A stretch of DNA of 62,923 bases, the filler included. It is 4 parts of 4 records of this genome, joined end to end, with 100 filler letters (N's around TTAATTAATTAA, not from the genome) between each part and the next. Parts side by side here need not be neighbours in the genome. Positions count along the whole stretch, not along the records: positions 11,548 to 29,165 come from SRR20825010_3649; positions 29,266 to 56,149 come from SRR20825010_3656; 2 more parts are not named here. One strand, written 5' to 3'. Positions 21,412 to 31,599 of this stretch are shown in pieces (position 1 is the stretch's first letter; each line of letters starts with the position of its first letter). The notes under the pieces are model-generated. The model did no database searches, was not told the origin of the DNA, and worked only from the letters and a program-made list of their open reading frames with translations. Position numbers and translations under genes: made by a program.

Positions 21412-23973
21412 TTGCGTTTAAATAAACTGAGTTTGACGTGGCGCTTTATACTAGCGCTCACCATCGGGGGGATTTCGTTTACTGGGTCGGTTTCGGCTCA
21501 GCAACAAGCGGCCCAACAGGTACCAATCATCCGCCAGATCAGCGTGGTCGGAAACGAACGCGTTGAGCCTGAGACCATCGCGTCCTATCTATCAGTCTCA
21601 CCGGGTGAACCGTTTGATCCAGTAAAACTAGATGAAAGCCTGAAAGCACTTTTTGCGACCGGCCTGTTCTCTGATGTTGAATTATCAGAGGTACAAGGCG
21701 CACTGCTGGTGCGTGTGGTTGAGAATCCCATCATTAACCGGATTGTTTTTGAGGGGAACAAGCGTCTTGACCGCGAAGAGTTACTTGAAGAAGTAAGGCT
21801 TCGCCCTCGCATGGTATTTACGCGCGCTAAAGTACGTTCTGATGTCCAGCGCATGCTTGAGCTCTATCGTCGCTCTGGCCGCTTTGCTGCGATTATTGAG
21901 CCAAAAGTTGTGCAGTTAGAACAAAACCGTGTTGATCTTTTGTTTGAAGTGCAGGAGGGCCCAAAAACTAAAGTCAGCAGCATTAAATTCATTGGCAACA
22001 AGAAATTTAGTGATGGTGACCTTAGGGATGTACTCGCTACAAAGCAGGCTCGTTGGTGGAAGCTGTTTACCTCAAACGACACATTTGATCCTGATCGGCT
22101 TGCATATGACCAGCAGATATTGCGCCAGCATTACCTGAACGAGGGCTATGCAGATTTTCGCACGGTTTCGGCGGTATCTGAACTTACACCTGACCGTAAG
22201 GACTTCTTCATTACTTTTACGGTTGATGAAGGTGAGATTTATAACTTTGGCAAGATTGACGTTGAGAGTGAAATTAGGGACGTAAACGTTAACTTGTTCC
22301 GGGCTTTCCTTCTGATGCGTGAAGGCGATACCTACAACGCTGAAGCAATTGAAAAAACAATTGAAGCGCTATCAAACGCAGCTGGTCTTCTGGGCTATGC
22401 GTTTGTTGATGTTCGGCCTCAAATCAACAGGAACCGTGAAGAGCGCACAATTGATATCAACTTCCGAGTGCTTGATGCGCCAAGGGTATATGTTGAGCGC
22501 GTTAACATTACGGGTAACGTTCGTACGCTGGATAGGGTTATCCGCAGGGAGTTCCGCCTGCAAGAAGGCGATGCCTTCAACTCCGCATTGGTAACGCGTT
22601 CCGAGAACCGCCTGAACCGTTTGAACTTCTTCCGTGAAGTTGAGGTCGAGCAGGTGCAAGGTAGTCAGCCCGACCGTATGGTGCTGGAGGTGGGCGTGGA
22701 AGAGCAGGCTACGGGTGAATTGAACCTAGGTGCCGGTTTCTCCAGCCTTGAGAATTTTATCTTTGACTTCTCTATCCGTGAGCGGAACCTGATGGGTAAA
22801 GGTCAGGACCTTCGACTTGGACTTCGCCTTTCAGGTACACGTCAAGAAATTGATCTAGGCTTTACTGAACCATATTTTATGGGCAGGAACGTGGCTGCGG
22901 GTGTTGACCTCTTCGCTCGGAAGATTGATAGCAGCAGCTATGGCTCATACTTTGATACCAAATCCATCGGTTTCTCCCTGCGGGCAGGGATGGCAATCAA
23001 CGAGTTTTGGACACTGTCCACCCGCTATACGCTTCGTCAGGATGATGTGTCCTTGCTCGATAGCTATCTTAATGCGGTGTACAACACATACTTCGACGCG
23101 CGCACGACAAATGGTATTACCGATCAAGACGAATTCGATCGGCGAGTTAGCCGCTTCGATAACAATAACGACGGTGTCGTTAATCTTGATGATTTTGACA
23201 CCGATGGAAATGGGACTATTAGTCAGGAAGAAAAGCAAGTTGCGCTGAGCCGCGGTGTACAGGACTCTATTGGCAAGCGGTATCAGTCTATCGTTGGCTA
23301 CACCGTGGGTTTTGATACGCGGAACAGCATTATTCGTCCTACACGAGGCCACAACTTCTTCTTCAGTCAGGATTTCGCTGGCCTTGGCGGGGATGTTCGC
23401 TATCTTCGATCAACCATAACCACGGACAACTACTGGACTCCCTGGGAGGGCTGGACATTCCGGTTGGGCGGTGAAGCAGGCATTATCCATGGCCTTGGGC
23501 AAGACGTACGGCTGTCCGACAAGTTCTTTATCGGTGGCCCTCGTATTCGCGGGTTTGATACCGCCGGTATGGGCCCGAGAGACTTTGCTAACAACCAGTC
23601 GATTGGTGGTACAGCATACTATATCGGCCGAGGTGAATTGTTCTTCCCTCTCGGTGATGCTGCCCTTGAGAGTGGTATCAATGCCTCAGCCTTTGTGGAC
23701 GTGGGCTCGCTGTTCAGAGCACAAGAAGATGCTTTGGCACCGTGTACCTTCAGCCGGGCAGAGTATGACGCAGCGGTTGTGGATAATGACTTTTCGGGCC
23801 TCGACCTGAACTGTATGTCAGGAAATAGCGCCAAACCGCGTCTGTCTGTTGGTATTGGCTTCTCATGGCAGTCGCCATTTGGCCCGTTCCGGATTGACCT
23901 ATCCAAACAGCTGCGTAAACAGCTTGGTGACCGGACACAAACGCTGCAGTTCAATGTCGGTACGACATTCTAA
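21412..23973 (+). CDS. bamA: Outer membrane protein assembly factor BamA
   Basis: Signal peptide, POTRA repeats, IRGF loop-6 motif, SPFGP, C-terminal FNVGTTF. Confidence 0.97.
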   Translation: MRLNKLSLTWRFILALTIGGISFTGSVSAQQQAAQQVPIIRQISVVGNERVEPETIASYLSVSPGEPFDPVKLDESLKALFATGLFSDVELSEVQGALLVRVVENPIINRIVFEGNKRLDREELLEEVRLRPRMVFTRAKVRSDVQRMLELYRRSGRFAAIIEPKVVQLEQNRVDLLFEVQEGPKTKVSSIKFIGNKKFSDGDLRDVLATKQARWWKLFTSNDTFDPDRLAYDQQILRQHYLNEGYADFRTVSAVSELTPDRKDFFITFTVDEGEIYNFGKIDVESEIRDVNVNLFRAFLLMREGDTYNAEAIEKTIEALSNAAGLLGYAFVDVRPQINRNREERTIDINFRVLDAPRVYVERVNITGNVRTLDRVIRREFRLQEGDAFNSALVTRSENRLNRLNFFREVEVEQVQGSQPDRMVLEVGVEEQATGELNLGAGFSSLENFIFDFSIRERNLMGKGQDLRLGLRLSGTRQEIDLGFTEPYFMGRNVAAGVDLFARKIDSSSYGSYFDTKSIGFSLRAGMAINEFWTLSTRYTLRQDDVSLLDSYLNAVYNTYFDARTTNGITDQDEFDRRVSRFDNNNDGVVNLDDFDTDGNGTISQEEKQVALSRGVQDSIGKRYQSIVGYTVGFDTRNSIIRPTRGHNFFFSQDFAGLGGDVRYLRSTITTDNYWTPWEGWTFRLGGEAGIIHGLGQDVRLSDKFFIGGPRIRGFDTAGMGPRDFANNQSIGGTAYYIGRGELFFPLGDAALESGINASAFVDVGSLFRAQEDALAPCTFSRAEYDAAVVDNDFSGLDLNCMSGNSAKPRLSVGIGFSWQSPFGPFRIDLSKQLRKQLGDRTQTLQFNVGTTF

Positions 23974-23995
23974 AAAAGATCATAGGGAATATAAA

Positions 23996-24583
23996 ATGGG
24001 TACGTTTTTAAAAACACTTAAACTTGGCATGGTAGCTGTTGCTGCGATGGTTGGCATTAGTGCGGTATCATCAGCACAGATATTGACCGTAGATGATGAA
24101 CGGGTTGAGCGTGAAGCTGCGGCTTATAAGGACTTCAACCTGCAGACTAATGAACTGCGCCAAAGCATATTGCAGCGTCGCCAGATGGTAACGCGTGGCG
24201 GAGCAATCGAGCAGCAGCTTGCAGACCTTGAGAAACGCAAGGCGATCATTGGCAACGATAAATACGAAGAAGAAAAGCGGAAGCTGGAGCAAACTTATGT
24301 ACGCTTTCAACAAGAACTTGCTCAGCTTGAGTATGTTTTTGACCAGCTTCGTCAGGAAGCTATGGTGCAAGTTGAGCGTGCGCGCCAACCGGTTATCCGT
24401 AGCCTGCTCGCGGAACGCAATGCTCAGGTCATTATGATGAAGCGCCTTCTCCTCGGTTCAGCTGCGGGCATTGATGTAACCACACAGTTTATTGAAAAGC
24501 TGGATGCTGAACTGCCAAACGTGACGCTGAATTTGCCAAAGGCGGGTGATGCTCCTGCTGCTGAACAACCAGAACAGCAATAA
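23996..24583 (+). CDS. skp: OmpH/Skp-like periplasmic chaperone
   Basis: Signal peptide, long coiled coil, C-terminal IDVT..IEKLD; position after bamA. Confidence 0.8.
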   Translation: MGTFLKTLKLGMVAVAAMVGISAVSSAQILTVDDERVEREAAAYKDFNLQTNELRQSILQRRQMVTRGGAIEQQLADLEKRKAIIGNDKYEEEKRKLEQTYVRFQQELAQLEYVFDQLRQEAMVQVERARQPVIRSLLAERNAQVIMMKRLLLGSAAGIDVTTQFIEKLDAELPNVTLNLPKAGDAPAAEQPEQQ

Positions 24584-24605
24584 CATTTAGATTGGCGCAT
24601 CGAAG

Positions 24606-25043
24606 ATGACATTCGATATCGAGAAAATCATGGAACTGATACCACACCGGTATCCGTTCCTGCTTGTGGATAAGGTTGTTGATATTGTGCCGGGCGAAAG
24701 CGGAACCGGGATCAAGAATGTCACGATGAATGAGCCATTTTTTCCAGGTCATTTCCCACAGAAACCTGTGATGCCGGGCGTTTTGATCCTTGAGGCAATG
24801 GCCCAAACAGCCGGGGCGCTGGCGATCGATTTTCTTGGAGACGATGCCAAGGGCAAAGTTGTTTACTTCATGGCGATTGACGGAGCAAAGTTCCGTAAAC
24901 CGGTTGTGCCGGGCGACCGCCTTGAAATGAAGCTCGTGAAGGTCCGGGGGCGTGGCGCGGTTTGGAAGTTTGATGCGAAAGCTTATGTCGACGATGAGTT
25001 GACAACGGAAGCGACATTGACAGCGATGCTTGGTGGAAACTAG
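24606..25043 (+). CDS. fabZ: 3-hydroxyacyl-ACP dehydratase
   Basis: IPHRYPFLLVD, GHFPQKPVMPGVLILEAMAQ. Confidence 0.98.
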   Translation: MTFDIEKIMELIPHRYPFLLVDKVVDIVPGESGTGIKNVTMNEPFFPGHFPQKPVMPGVLILEAMAQTAGALAIDFLGDDAKGKVVYFMAIDGAKFRKPVVPGDRLEMKLVKVRGRGAVWKFDAKAYVDDELTTEATLTAMLGGN

Positions 25044-25068
25044 CTCCAAGGTATTTCTAAATTCATGG

Positions 25069-25093
25069 AAGGCGGCCTATTGGCCGCCTTTTT
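25069..25093 (+). terminator. Rho-independent terminator closing the operon directly after fabZ
   Basis: AAGGCGGCC-TATT-GGCCGCCTT followed by Ts. Confidence 0.85.
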
Positions 25094-25204
25094 CATTTGG
25101 GTCATAAAGCTCCAGTATACTGGATGATTAGCAATGACATTTTGATCTAGGCGTATATTGGGCTATCTTATGCCAGAGAGGCGGCACAGAACGAAGGCCG
25201 TTCC

Positions 25205-26269
25205 GTGTGCGAGGTCGGCCATATGTACAAGTTCCCCGTTAATGATCTAACCCGCATATATGCGGGTTTTAACGATAACTTCCAAAGCAAAACTACGCCT
25301 TATGACTTCTTTAAGGTAGGCGAATCTGCGTCCGCGAACGGCGTACGTCTGGAGTTGAATGACCGGGTTGCCTCGGGCTATTGGGAACTTTTTCGCCCAG
25401 ATAGCGGTATACTTATTTGTGTAGCTGATGGTTTATATCACCGTGCATATCAGGAAGTCATCACACCAAAACAAGATGTGATTACGGTACGGTTTGTGCT
25501 CTCAGGTAAGATGTCTGTTCGTCTGGCGGGAAAACGTAGCATTGACATCCCACAGTGCAGCGCTTCTGTTCTACATATTAAGCAGTCCGAAGACTTCGAA
25601 CTCACCATTAGCGGCAACAGTCATCTATGTTCCGTCAGCTTCCATCTTGAACCGGGAATTCTACGAGACAGGTTTCACTTGGAAGGAGATCGTCTGCCAC
25701 CTCTCTTGCGTGATTTGGTGTTTGGGGCAGGTGGGACCCGGCCTCCGTATAACTTTCCCATGTCGGCTCATACCATCAATGTTGTCAACGATGTGTTGAA
25801 GATGCGGTTTGAGGGAGGGCGTCGGAGCGCATATGTACAGGCCAAGATGGTGGAACTTCTGTGTCGCCTGTTTCAAGAGGTGGAGGATGAATACCTGGGG
25901 AACAGGCAAATACTGACAGGCCCAAAGCAGAGTGTGCGCAAAAAGGTACACCGTGCGCATCAGATCCTTATCGCAAACTATATGAAGCCGCCGCCTATAG
26001 CCTCTCTGGCGAGGGAAGTGGGGCTCAACCGCAGCACGCTGAGCGCGGAATTCAAGAAGGTGTTTGGAATCAGTATATTTTCCTTCTCCCAAGACTATCG
26101 GCTTGATAAAGCGCGTGAGCTTCTGGGGAACCGCGACCTTTCCATTCAGGAGGTAGCAGAGATAGTTGGCTATGATTATGCTGCGAATTTTACGGCTGCT
26201 TTCAAGCGAAAGTACGGATTGCTTCCAAAGGATATACGCGTCGCTCCGCAGGTAGCTATCCTTCAGTAG
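25205..26269 (+). CDS. AraC-family transcriptional regulator (start may be ATG 25223)
   Basis: C-terminal double HTH: IASLAREVGLNRSTL..FKKVFG and IQEVAEIVGYDYAANFTAAFKRKYG. Confidence 0.92.
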   Translation: MCEVGHMYKFPVNDLTRIYAGFNDNFQSKTTPYDFFKVGESASANGVRLELNDRVASGYWELFRPDSGILICVADGLYHRAYQEVITPKQDVITVRFVLSGKMSVRLAGKRSIDIPQCSASVLHIKQSEDFELTISGNSHLCSVSFHLEPGILRDRFHLEGDRLPPLLRDLVFGAGGTRPPYNFPMSAHTINVVNDVLKMRFEGGRRSAYVQAKMVELLCRLFQEVEDEYLGNRQILTGPKQSVRKKVHRAHQILIANYMKPPPIASLAREVGLNRSTLSAEFKKVFGISIFSFSQDYRLDKARELLGNRDLSIQEVAEIVGYDYAANFTAAFKRKYGLLPKDIRVAPQVAILQ

Positions 26270-26412
26270 GCTGAATTCGCCGATAAATTACTGTCATGCG
26301 GAATTGACGATCTCAGTATTATTTTGGACGACCTCATAATTCCTTGTCAGAAAATTTCAATATTATCTCTCAAGCAATAACAGGATTGCTCTGACAATGA
26401 GGGTTAACAGCC

Positions 26413-28686
26413 ATGAATAAAAAATTAGATGCCTACGCGAAACAGCGTAGCATTTTCAGGGAAGGATTGGCGGCATCTACCGCTATTTCACAGTGTCTTG
26501 CTCTTGGTCTTTTAGGAGGAATCGCATTTAGCGGTGCGGCTTCTGCGCAACAAGCTGAAAGTAGTGACATGACGTTCGAAGAGATCGTGGTTACGTCTCG
26601 AAAACGTTCAGAATCGATGATGGATATTCCCATGAGTATCAACGTGGTCTCAGAAGGCCTGATTGAGAAGATGGGTGCCTCCAACTATACAGATTTGCTT
26701 GCATCAGTTCCCAGCCTGACAGCGTATCAGAACGGGCCGGGGCGTACTCGCCTGGTTATCCGTGGTGTTGCGAACACTTCAAGCGGGGCGAATGATAACG
26801 ATACACAGAACCAGGAAACAGTGGGCATCTATCTTGATGAAATTCCTATTTCGACCGGGGCGCTTAATCCGGAACTAGGACTGTTTGACCTGGAACGTGT
26901 AGAGGTTTTGCGCGGACCGCAAGGAACGCTATACGGCGCAGGTTCCATGACAGGAACGATCAGGCTTGTGTCCAAGAAACCGAACTTGCGGGAATTTGAA
27001 GGTAAGGTGGACGCGTCGCTTTCGACCATCAATAAGGGCAGCGAAAACTACGACGTTAAAGCGCTCGTGAATATTCCTGTGGTTGAGGATAGGTTCGCGC
27101 TTCGTACATCCGCCTACTACGAGAAGAACGGTGGATACATCGATAACGTTCTGACCGGCGAAAAAGACATTAACCATGGACGGGCTGTTGGTGCTCGCGT
27201 TTCCGCTAGACTTCAGTTAAGCGAGGCCTTCACGGCGGATTTTTCCTTCTTCCATCATGATTATTCCGACAATGGCCGCCCTGAAGATCTTGACCATACG
27301 CCACTGTTTTCGCGCGATTATCCATCAAACGATGGATATGACGACGAGATGCAAATCTATAACCTTACGCTCAATTATGATTTGGGCTGGGGGGAGATAG
27401 TATCTTCAACGTCGTATTTCGACCGCAAGGTGGTAAACCGTCGTTCGCTTGATCTCCTTTTTGAAACATTGCCTCCACAGATCGTGCCGCATGAGTTGAT
27501 CGACACAACGGATACTGATGTGTTTGTTCAGGAAATTCGCTTGGCTTCGCAGACGGAATCGCCACTTCAGTGGACCGTTGGGGCCTACTTGGACAAGAAG
27601 GATGTACTCTATCTGAATACATTTCCGGTTCCAGGTGCGGACGCTATTCTCGGCGATTCGAGCAACTTTGGCGCACCGAAAGACCATCTCTACTATGGTT
27701 ATGATGACCTTGAGGTTAAAACATACGCATTGTTTGGTGAAGCTTATTATACTTGGGATAAGTTTACATTTACCGCGGGCTTGCGCTACTTCAACTGGAA
27801 GCAGGACATTGAGTTCTATCAGTCTGGCCTTTTCAATGGGGGCGCCAACAGCGATGTGCGACCACAAAGTACGGTCGATGGCGTGAACCCCAAGTTCAAT
27901 ATCTCCTATCAGATAAATGACGATAATCTGGTCTATGTACAGATGGCCAAAGGTTTCCGTTATGGGGGTATTAATGGTGCCATTCCTGAGGCGGTGTGTG
28001 CCGATGAACTAGCACAGGTTGAACGCGAAGGAGGAGACACGCGGTTCTTTAACCCTGATAAAACCTGGAACTATGAAATTGGTAGCAAAAATTCGCTGGC
28101 TGATGGACGGGTAACGTTGAACGCCAGCTACTTCCATATCAAATGGCAGGACATGCAAACGTCACGCGGCTTTGAATGTGGCTTTGGCTTCAAGGAGAAT
28201 GTGGGCGAAGCGACGAGCCAAGGTATCGAGCTTGAGCTGAATGCCCGGGTTACAGAGAACTTGAGCCTCTACCTGGGTGGTACCTACATCAACTCGGAAC
28301 TGGCACAAGATGTACCAAATCTGGGCGCGGAAGAGGGCGACAAAGCGCCGTTTGTCCCTGAATTTGCGTTCAATACGTCAGCAGACTATGTACGTCCCCT
28401 CACTGACACAATGGATGGCTTCATCTGGGCCAACGTTCAGTATGTGGGTGAAAGAAACAGCCATTTCTCGGATGATGACGCCAATTTCCGGGCTATGGAT
28501 GGCTATTTCGTGTCAAACCTTCGTGTTGGTACCCGTTGGGACAATCTGGAACTCTCTGTGTTTGCTAACAATTTGTTTGATGGGCGAGGTGTTATTCGCG
28601 CAATGCGTAGACCACCATTCGACCCCGATGCGACTATCAAGGTTGAGCCACGTACGATTGGTGTTTCACTACGCGCCAATTTCTAA
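26413..28686 (+). CDS. TonB-dependent receptor
   Basis: Signal peptide, TonB box EEIVVTSRK, plug motif VEVLRGPQGTLYGAG, terminal Phe. Confidence 0.95.
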   Translation: MNKKLDAYAKQRSIFREGLAASTAISQCLALGLLGGIAFSGAASAQQAESSDMTFEEIVVTSRKRSESMMDIPMSINVVSEGLIEKMGASNYTDLLASVPSLTAYQNGPGRTRLVIRGVANTSSGANDNDTQNQETVGIYLDEIPISTGALNPELGLFDLERVEVLRGPQGTLYGAGSMTGTIRLVSKKPNLREFEGKVDASLSTINKGSENYDVKALVNIPVVEDRFALRTSAYYEKNGGYIDNVLTGEKDINHGRAVGARVSARLQLSEAFTADFSFFHHDYSDNGRPEDLDHTPLFSRDYPSNDGYDDEMQIYNLTLNYDLGWGEIVSSTSYFDRKVVNRRSLDLLFETLPPQIVPHELIDTTDTDVFVQEIRLASQTESPLQWTVGAYLDKKDVLYLNTFPVPGADAILGDSSNFGAPKDHLYYGYDDLEVKTYALFGEAYYTWDKFTFTAGLRYFNWKQDIEFYQSGLFNGGANSDVRPQSTVDGVNPKFNISYQINDDNLVYVQMAKGFRYGGINGAIPEAVCADELAQVEREGGDTRFFNPDKTWNYEIGSKNSLADGRVTLNASYFHIKWQDMQTSRGFECGFGFKENVGEATSQGIELELNARVTENLSLYLGGTYINSELAQDVPNLGAEEGDKAPFVPEFAFNTSADYVRPLTDTMDGFIWANVQYVGERNSHFSDDDANFRAMDGYFVSNLRVGTRWDNLELSVFANNLFDGRGVIRAMRRPPFDPDATIKVEPRTIGVSLRANF

Positions 28687-28730
28687 CCATCCGGTAGGGT
28701 GCTTCTATGACGTCCTACCTATCAGAAACA

Positions 28731-28765
28731 AAGAAAGGGCTGCGAAATTCGCAGCCCTTTTGCTT
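28731..28765. terminator. Bidirectional terminator between the TonB receptor and gltA
   Basis: AAAGGGCTGCGA-AAT-TCGCAGCCCTTT with A-rich and T-rich flanks. Confidence 0.8.
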
Positions 28766-28779
28766 TACTTTTGGTCCAA

Positions 28780-29165
28780 TTATCCGCGTTCTGCAACCGG
28801 CACATAATCTCGTTTTGGTGCGCCAGTATATAGCTGACGTGGGCGTCCGATTTTCTGCGTTGGATCCTCAACCATTTCTTTCCACTGCGCGATCCAACCT
28901 GCCGTGCGCGCGAGCGCAAACAGTACTGTGAACATTGCTGTCGGGAAGCCCATCGCTTTCAGGATAATGCCTGAATAGAAATCCACGTTCGGGTAGAGCT
29001 TTTTCTCAACAAAATATGGATCTTCGAGAGCAATCTTCTCAAGCTCCATGGCAACATCGAAGAGAGGATCGTCAACACCCAGTTCTTGCAGAACCCTGTG
29101 TGCCGTGTCGCGCATCACGGTCGCCCGTGGATCAAAGTTTTTGTAAACGCGGTGACCAAAGCCCA
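28780..29165 (-). CDS. gltA: Citrate synthase, C-terminal fragment
   Basis: [32 protein letters not shown]; 5' part cut by the spacer. Confidence 0.97.
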
Positions 29166-29265
29166 NNNNNNNNNNNNNNNNNNNNNNNNNNNNNNNNNNN
29201 NNNNNNNNNTTAATTAATTAANNNNNNNNNNNNNNNNNNNNNNNNNNNNNNNNNNNNNNNNNNNN
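29166..29265. other. Artificial contig spacer
   Basis: Same N/TTAATTAATTAA/N linker. Confidence 0.99.
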
Positions 29266-31405
29266 TCATGCAGGAACCGATGAACACTTCGTCGACCTTG
29301 TCGCCGGCGACTTCGGACAGGAACTTGGCGTCGTCCGGGTCGTTCGGGCAGCACACGATCGGCTCTTTGATGTCAGCCAGATCGATTTCCACAACGTGGG
29401 AGTACTCGGCGTCTTTGTCGGCACGCATCAGCTTGGGATCGGCAATCCACTCTTCCATCTGCTGGGCGCGACGCTCCAGGGTGCGCGGGTCGCCATAACC
29501 TTCGGCGATCATCCAGCGCAGCATGGTGATGTTCGAACGCAGGTACTCAGCCACGGACTCTTCAGACAGGTTGATCGTACAACCGGCTGCGGAACGCTCA
29601 GCGGAAGCGTCAGACAGCTCGAACGCCTGCTCAACGGTCAGGTGCTCAAGGCCTTCGATTTCCAGGATGCGACCGGAGAACTCGTTGATCTTGCCTTTCT
29701 TCTCAACGGTCAACATGCCTTGCTTGATGCCGTACAGTGGGATCGCATGTACCAGATCGCGCAGCGTGATGCCTGGCTGCATTTCGCCCTTGAAGCGAAC
29801 CAGGACGGATTCCGGCATATCCAGGGGCATAACGCCCGTCGCTGCAGCAAACGCCACCAGACCGGAACCGGCCGGGAAGGAGATGCCCATTGGGAAGCGG
29901 GTGTGAGAGTCGCCGCCGGTACCGACAGTGTCCGGCAACAGCATGCGGTTCAACCAGGAGTGGATGATGCCATCGCCCGGGCGCAGGGAAACACCGCCGC
30001 GGGTGCGGATGAAGTCCGGCATGGTGTGCTGCATTTCCACGTCAACCGGCTTCGGATAGGCGGCGGTGTGACAGAATGACTGCATCACCAGGTCGGCCTG
30101 GAAGCCCAGACAGGCCAGGTCTTTCAGTTCATCACGGGTCATCGGACCAGTGGTGTCCTGGGAGCCGACCGTAGTCATGTGCGGTTCGCAGTAAGTGCCG
30201 GGGCGAACGCCTTTGTCTTCTTCCAGACCGCAGGCCTTGCCGACCATCTTCTGACCCAGGGTAAAGCCTTTGGTGCCTTCTTCCGGATCATTCGGCAGAC
30301 GGAAGATGTCTGTGGCGCCCATGCCCAGTGCTGCGCGCGCCTTGGCGGTCAGGCCACGGCCGATGATCAGCGGAATACGGCCGCCGGCCTGAACTTCGTC
30401 CAGGATAACCTCTGACTTGAAGCCGAACTCCGAGATGGTTTCACCCGCCTCGTTCAGGATCTTGCCTTCGTAGGGACGGATGTCGATAACGTCGCCCATG
30501 TTCAGGTCGTCAACCGGTGCTTCGAAAACCAGGGCGCCAGCATCTTCCATGGTGTTGAAGAAGATCGGGGCTACTTTGTTACCAATGCACACGCCACCGG
30601 CGCGCTTGTTCGGAACACCCGGAACGTCGTCACCGAAGAACCACAGTACTGAGTTGGTGGCAGACTTACGTGAGGAGCCGGTACCAACAACGTCGCCTAC
30701 GAAGGCAACGGGCAGGCCCTTGGCTTTGATGTCGTCGATCTGACTCATTGGGCCAGTAACACCGGGCTCTTCCGGCTTCAGGCCATCACGCTCCATTTTA
30801 TAGGCAGCGCGGGCGTGCAGCGGGATGTCCGGACGGGACCAGGCATCGGGAGCCGGTGACAGGTCGTCGGTGTTGGTTTCGCCGGTAACTTTGAAAACCA
30901 CCATTTTGGTGCTTTCAGGAACCTTCTTCTTGTTGGTGAACCACTCGGCGTTGGCCCAGGATTCAACCACAGCCTTGGCGACCGCGTTGCCGGCGTCCAT
31001 CTTTTCCTTCACATCGTTGAAGGCATCGAACATCAGCAGGGTGCGCTTGAGCTTTTCGCCGGCCTGTTCGGCCAGTTCAGAATCGTCCAGCAGGTCGACC
31101 AGGGTCGCGATGTTATAACCGCCCTGCATCATGCCCAGCAGATCAACGGCCTTTGGCTTGTCCAGCAGGGGAGACGTTGCTTCACCCTTAACAATGGCGG
31201 TCAGGAAAGCAGCTTTTACATAAGCGGCTTCGTCCACACCCGGCGGAACGCGGTTTTCAAGCAGATAGACCAGCGTCTCTTCCTCGCCGGCTGGCGGGTT
31301 TTTAAGGAGATCGACCAGTGCGGCGGTCTGCTCAGCGTTCAGAGGCTTCGGGGGAATGCCCAGAGCCTCGCGTTCTGCAACGTGTTCACGATAGGCTTCT
31401 AACAC
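29266..31405 (-). CDS. acnB: Aconitate hydratase B (3' end truncated)
   Basis: GTG start, [35 protein letters not shown], ends at DEVFIGSCM at the gap. Confidence 0.97.
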
Positions 31406-31599
31406 GATATGGACCCTCATCAGTTGGAATGTCCCGCGCCTTGGGCGTCGTTGCCTGGCGGGAGTTTTATGGCGAAAAGGCGCTAAGTTGGCGCTGCATT
31501 CTATAGGAAACCCCTTATAAAGTTAAGTTGGACTGTGGTCGGATATTGTGGTTTGTTGCGGTATACTGCCGTGCCCGAGAAGCCGACCTGCTGTAAACA

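Noticed and set aside
29266-31405. acnB, dnaE, gltA, leuC and the tRNA as pseudogenes
   Set aside because: Each truncation coincides with a contig end; there are no internal stops or frameshifts.
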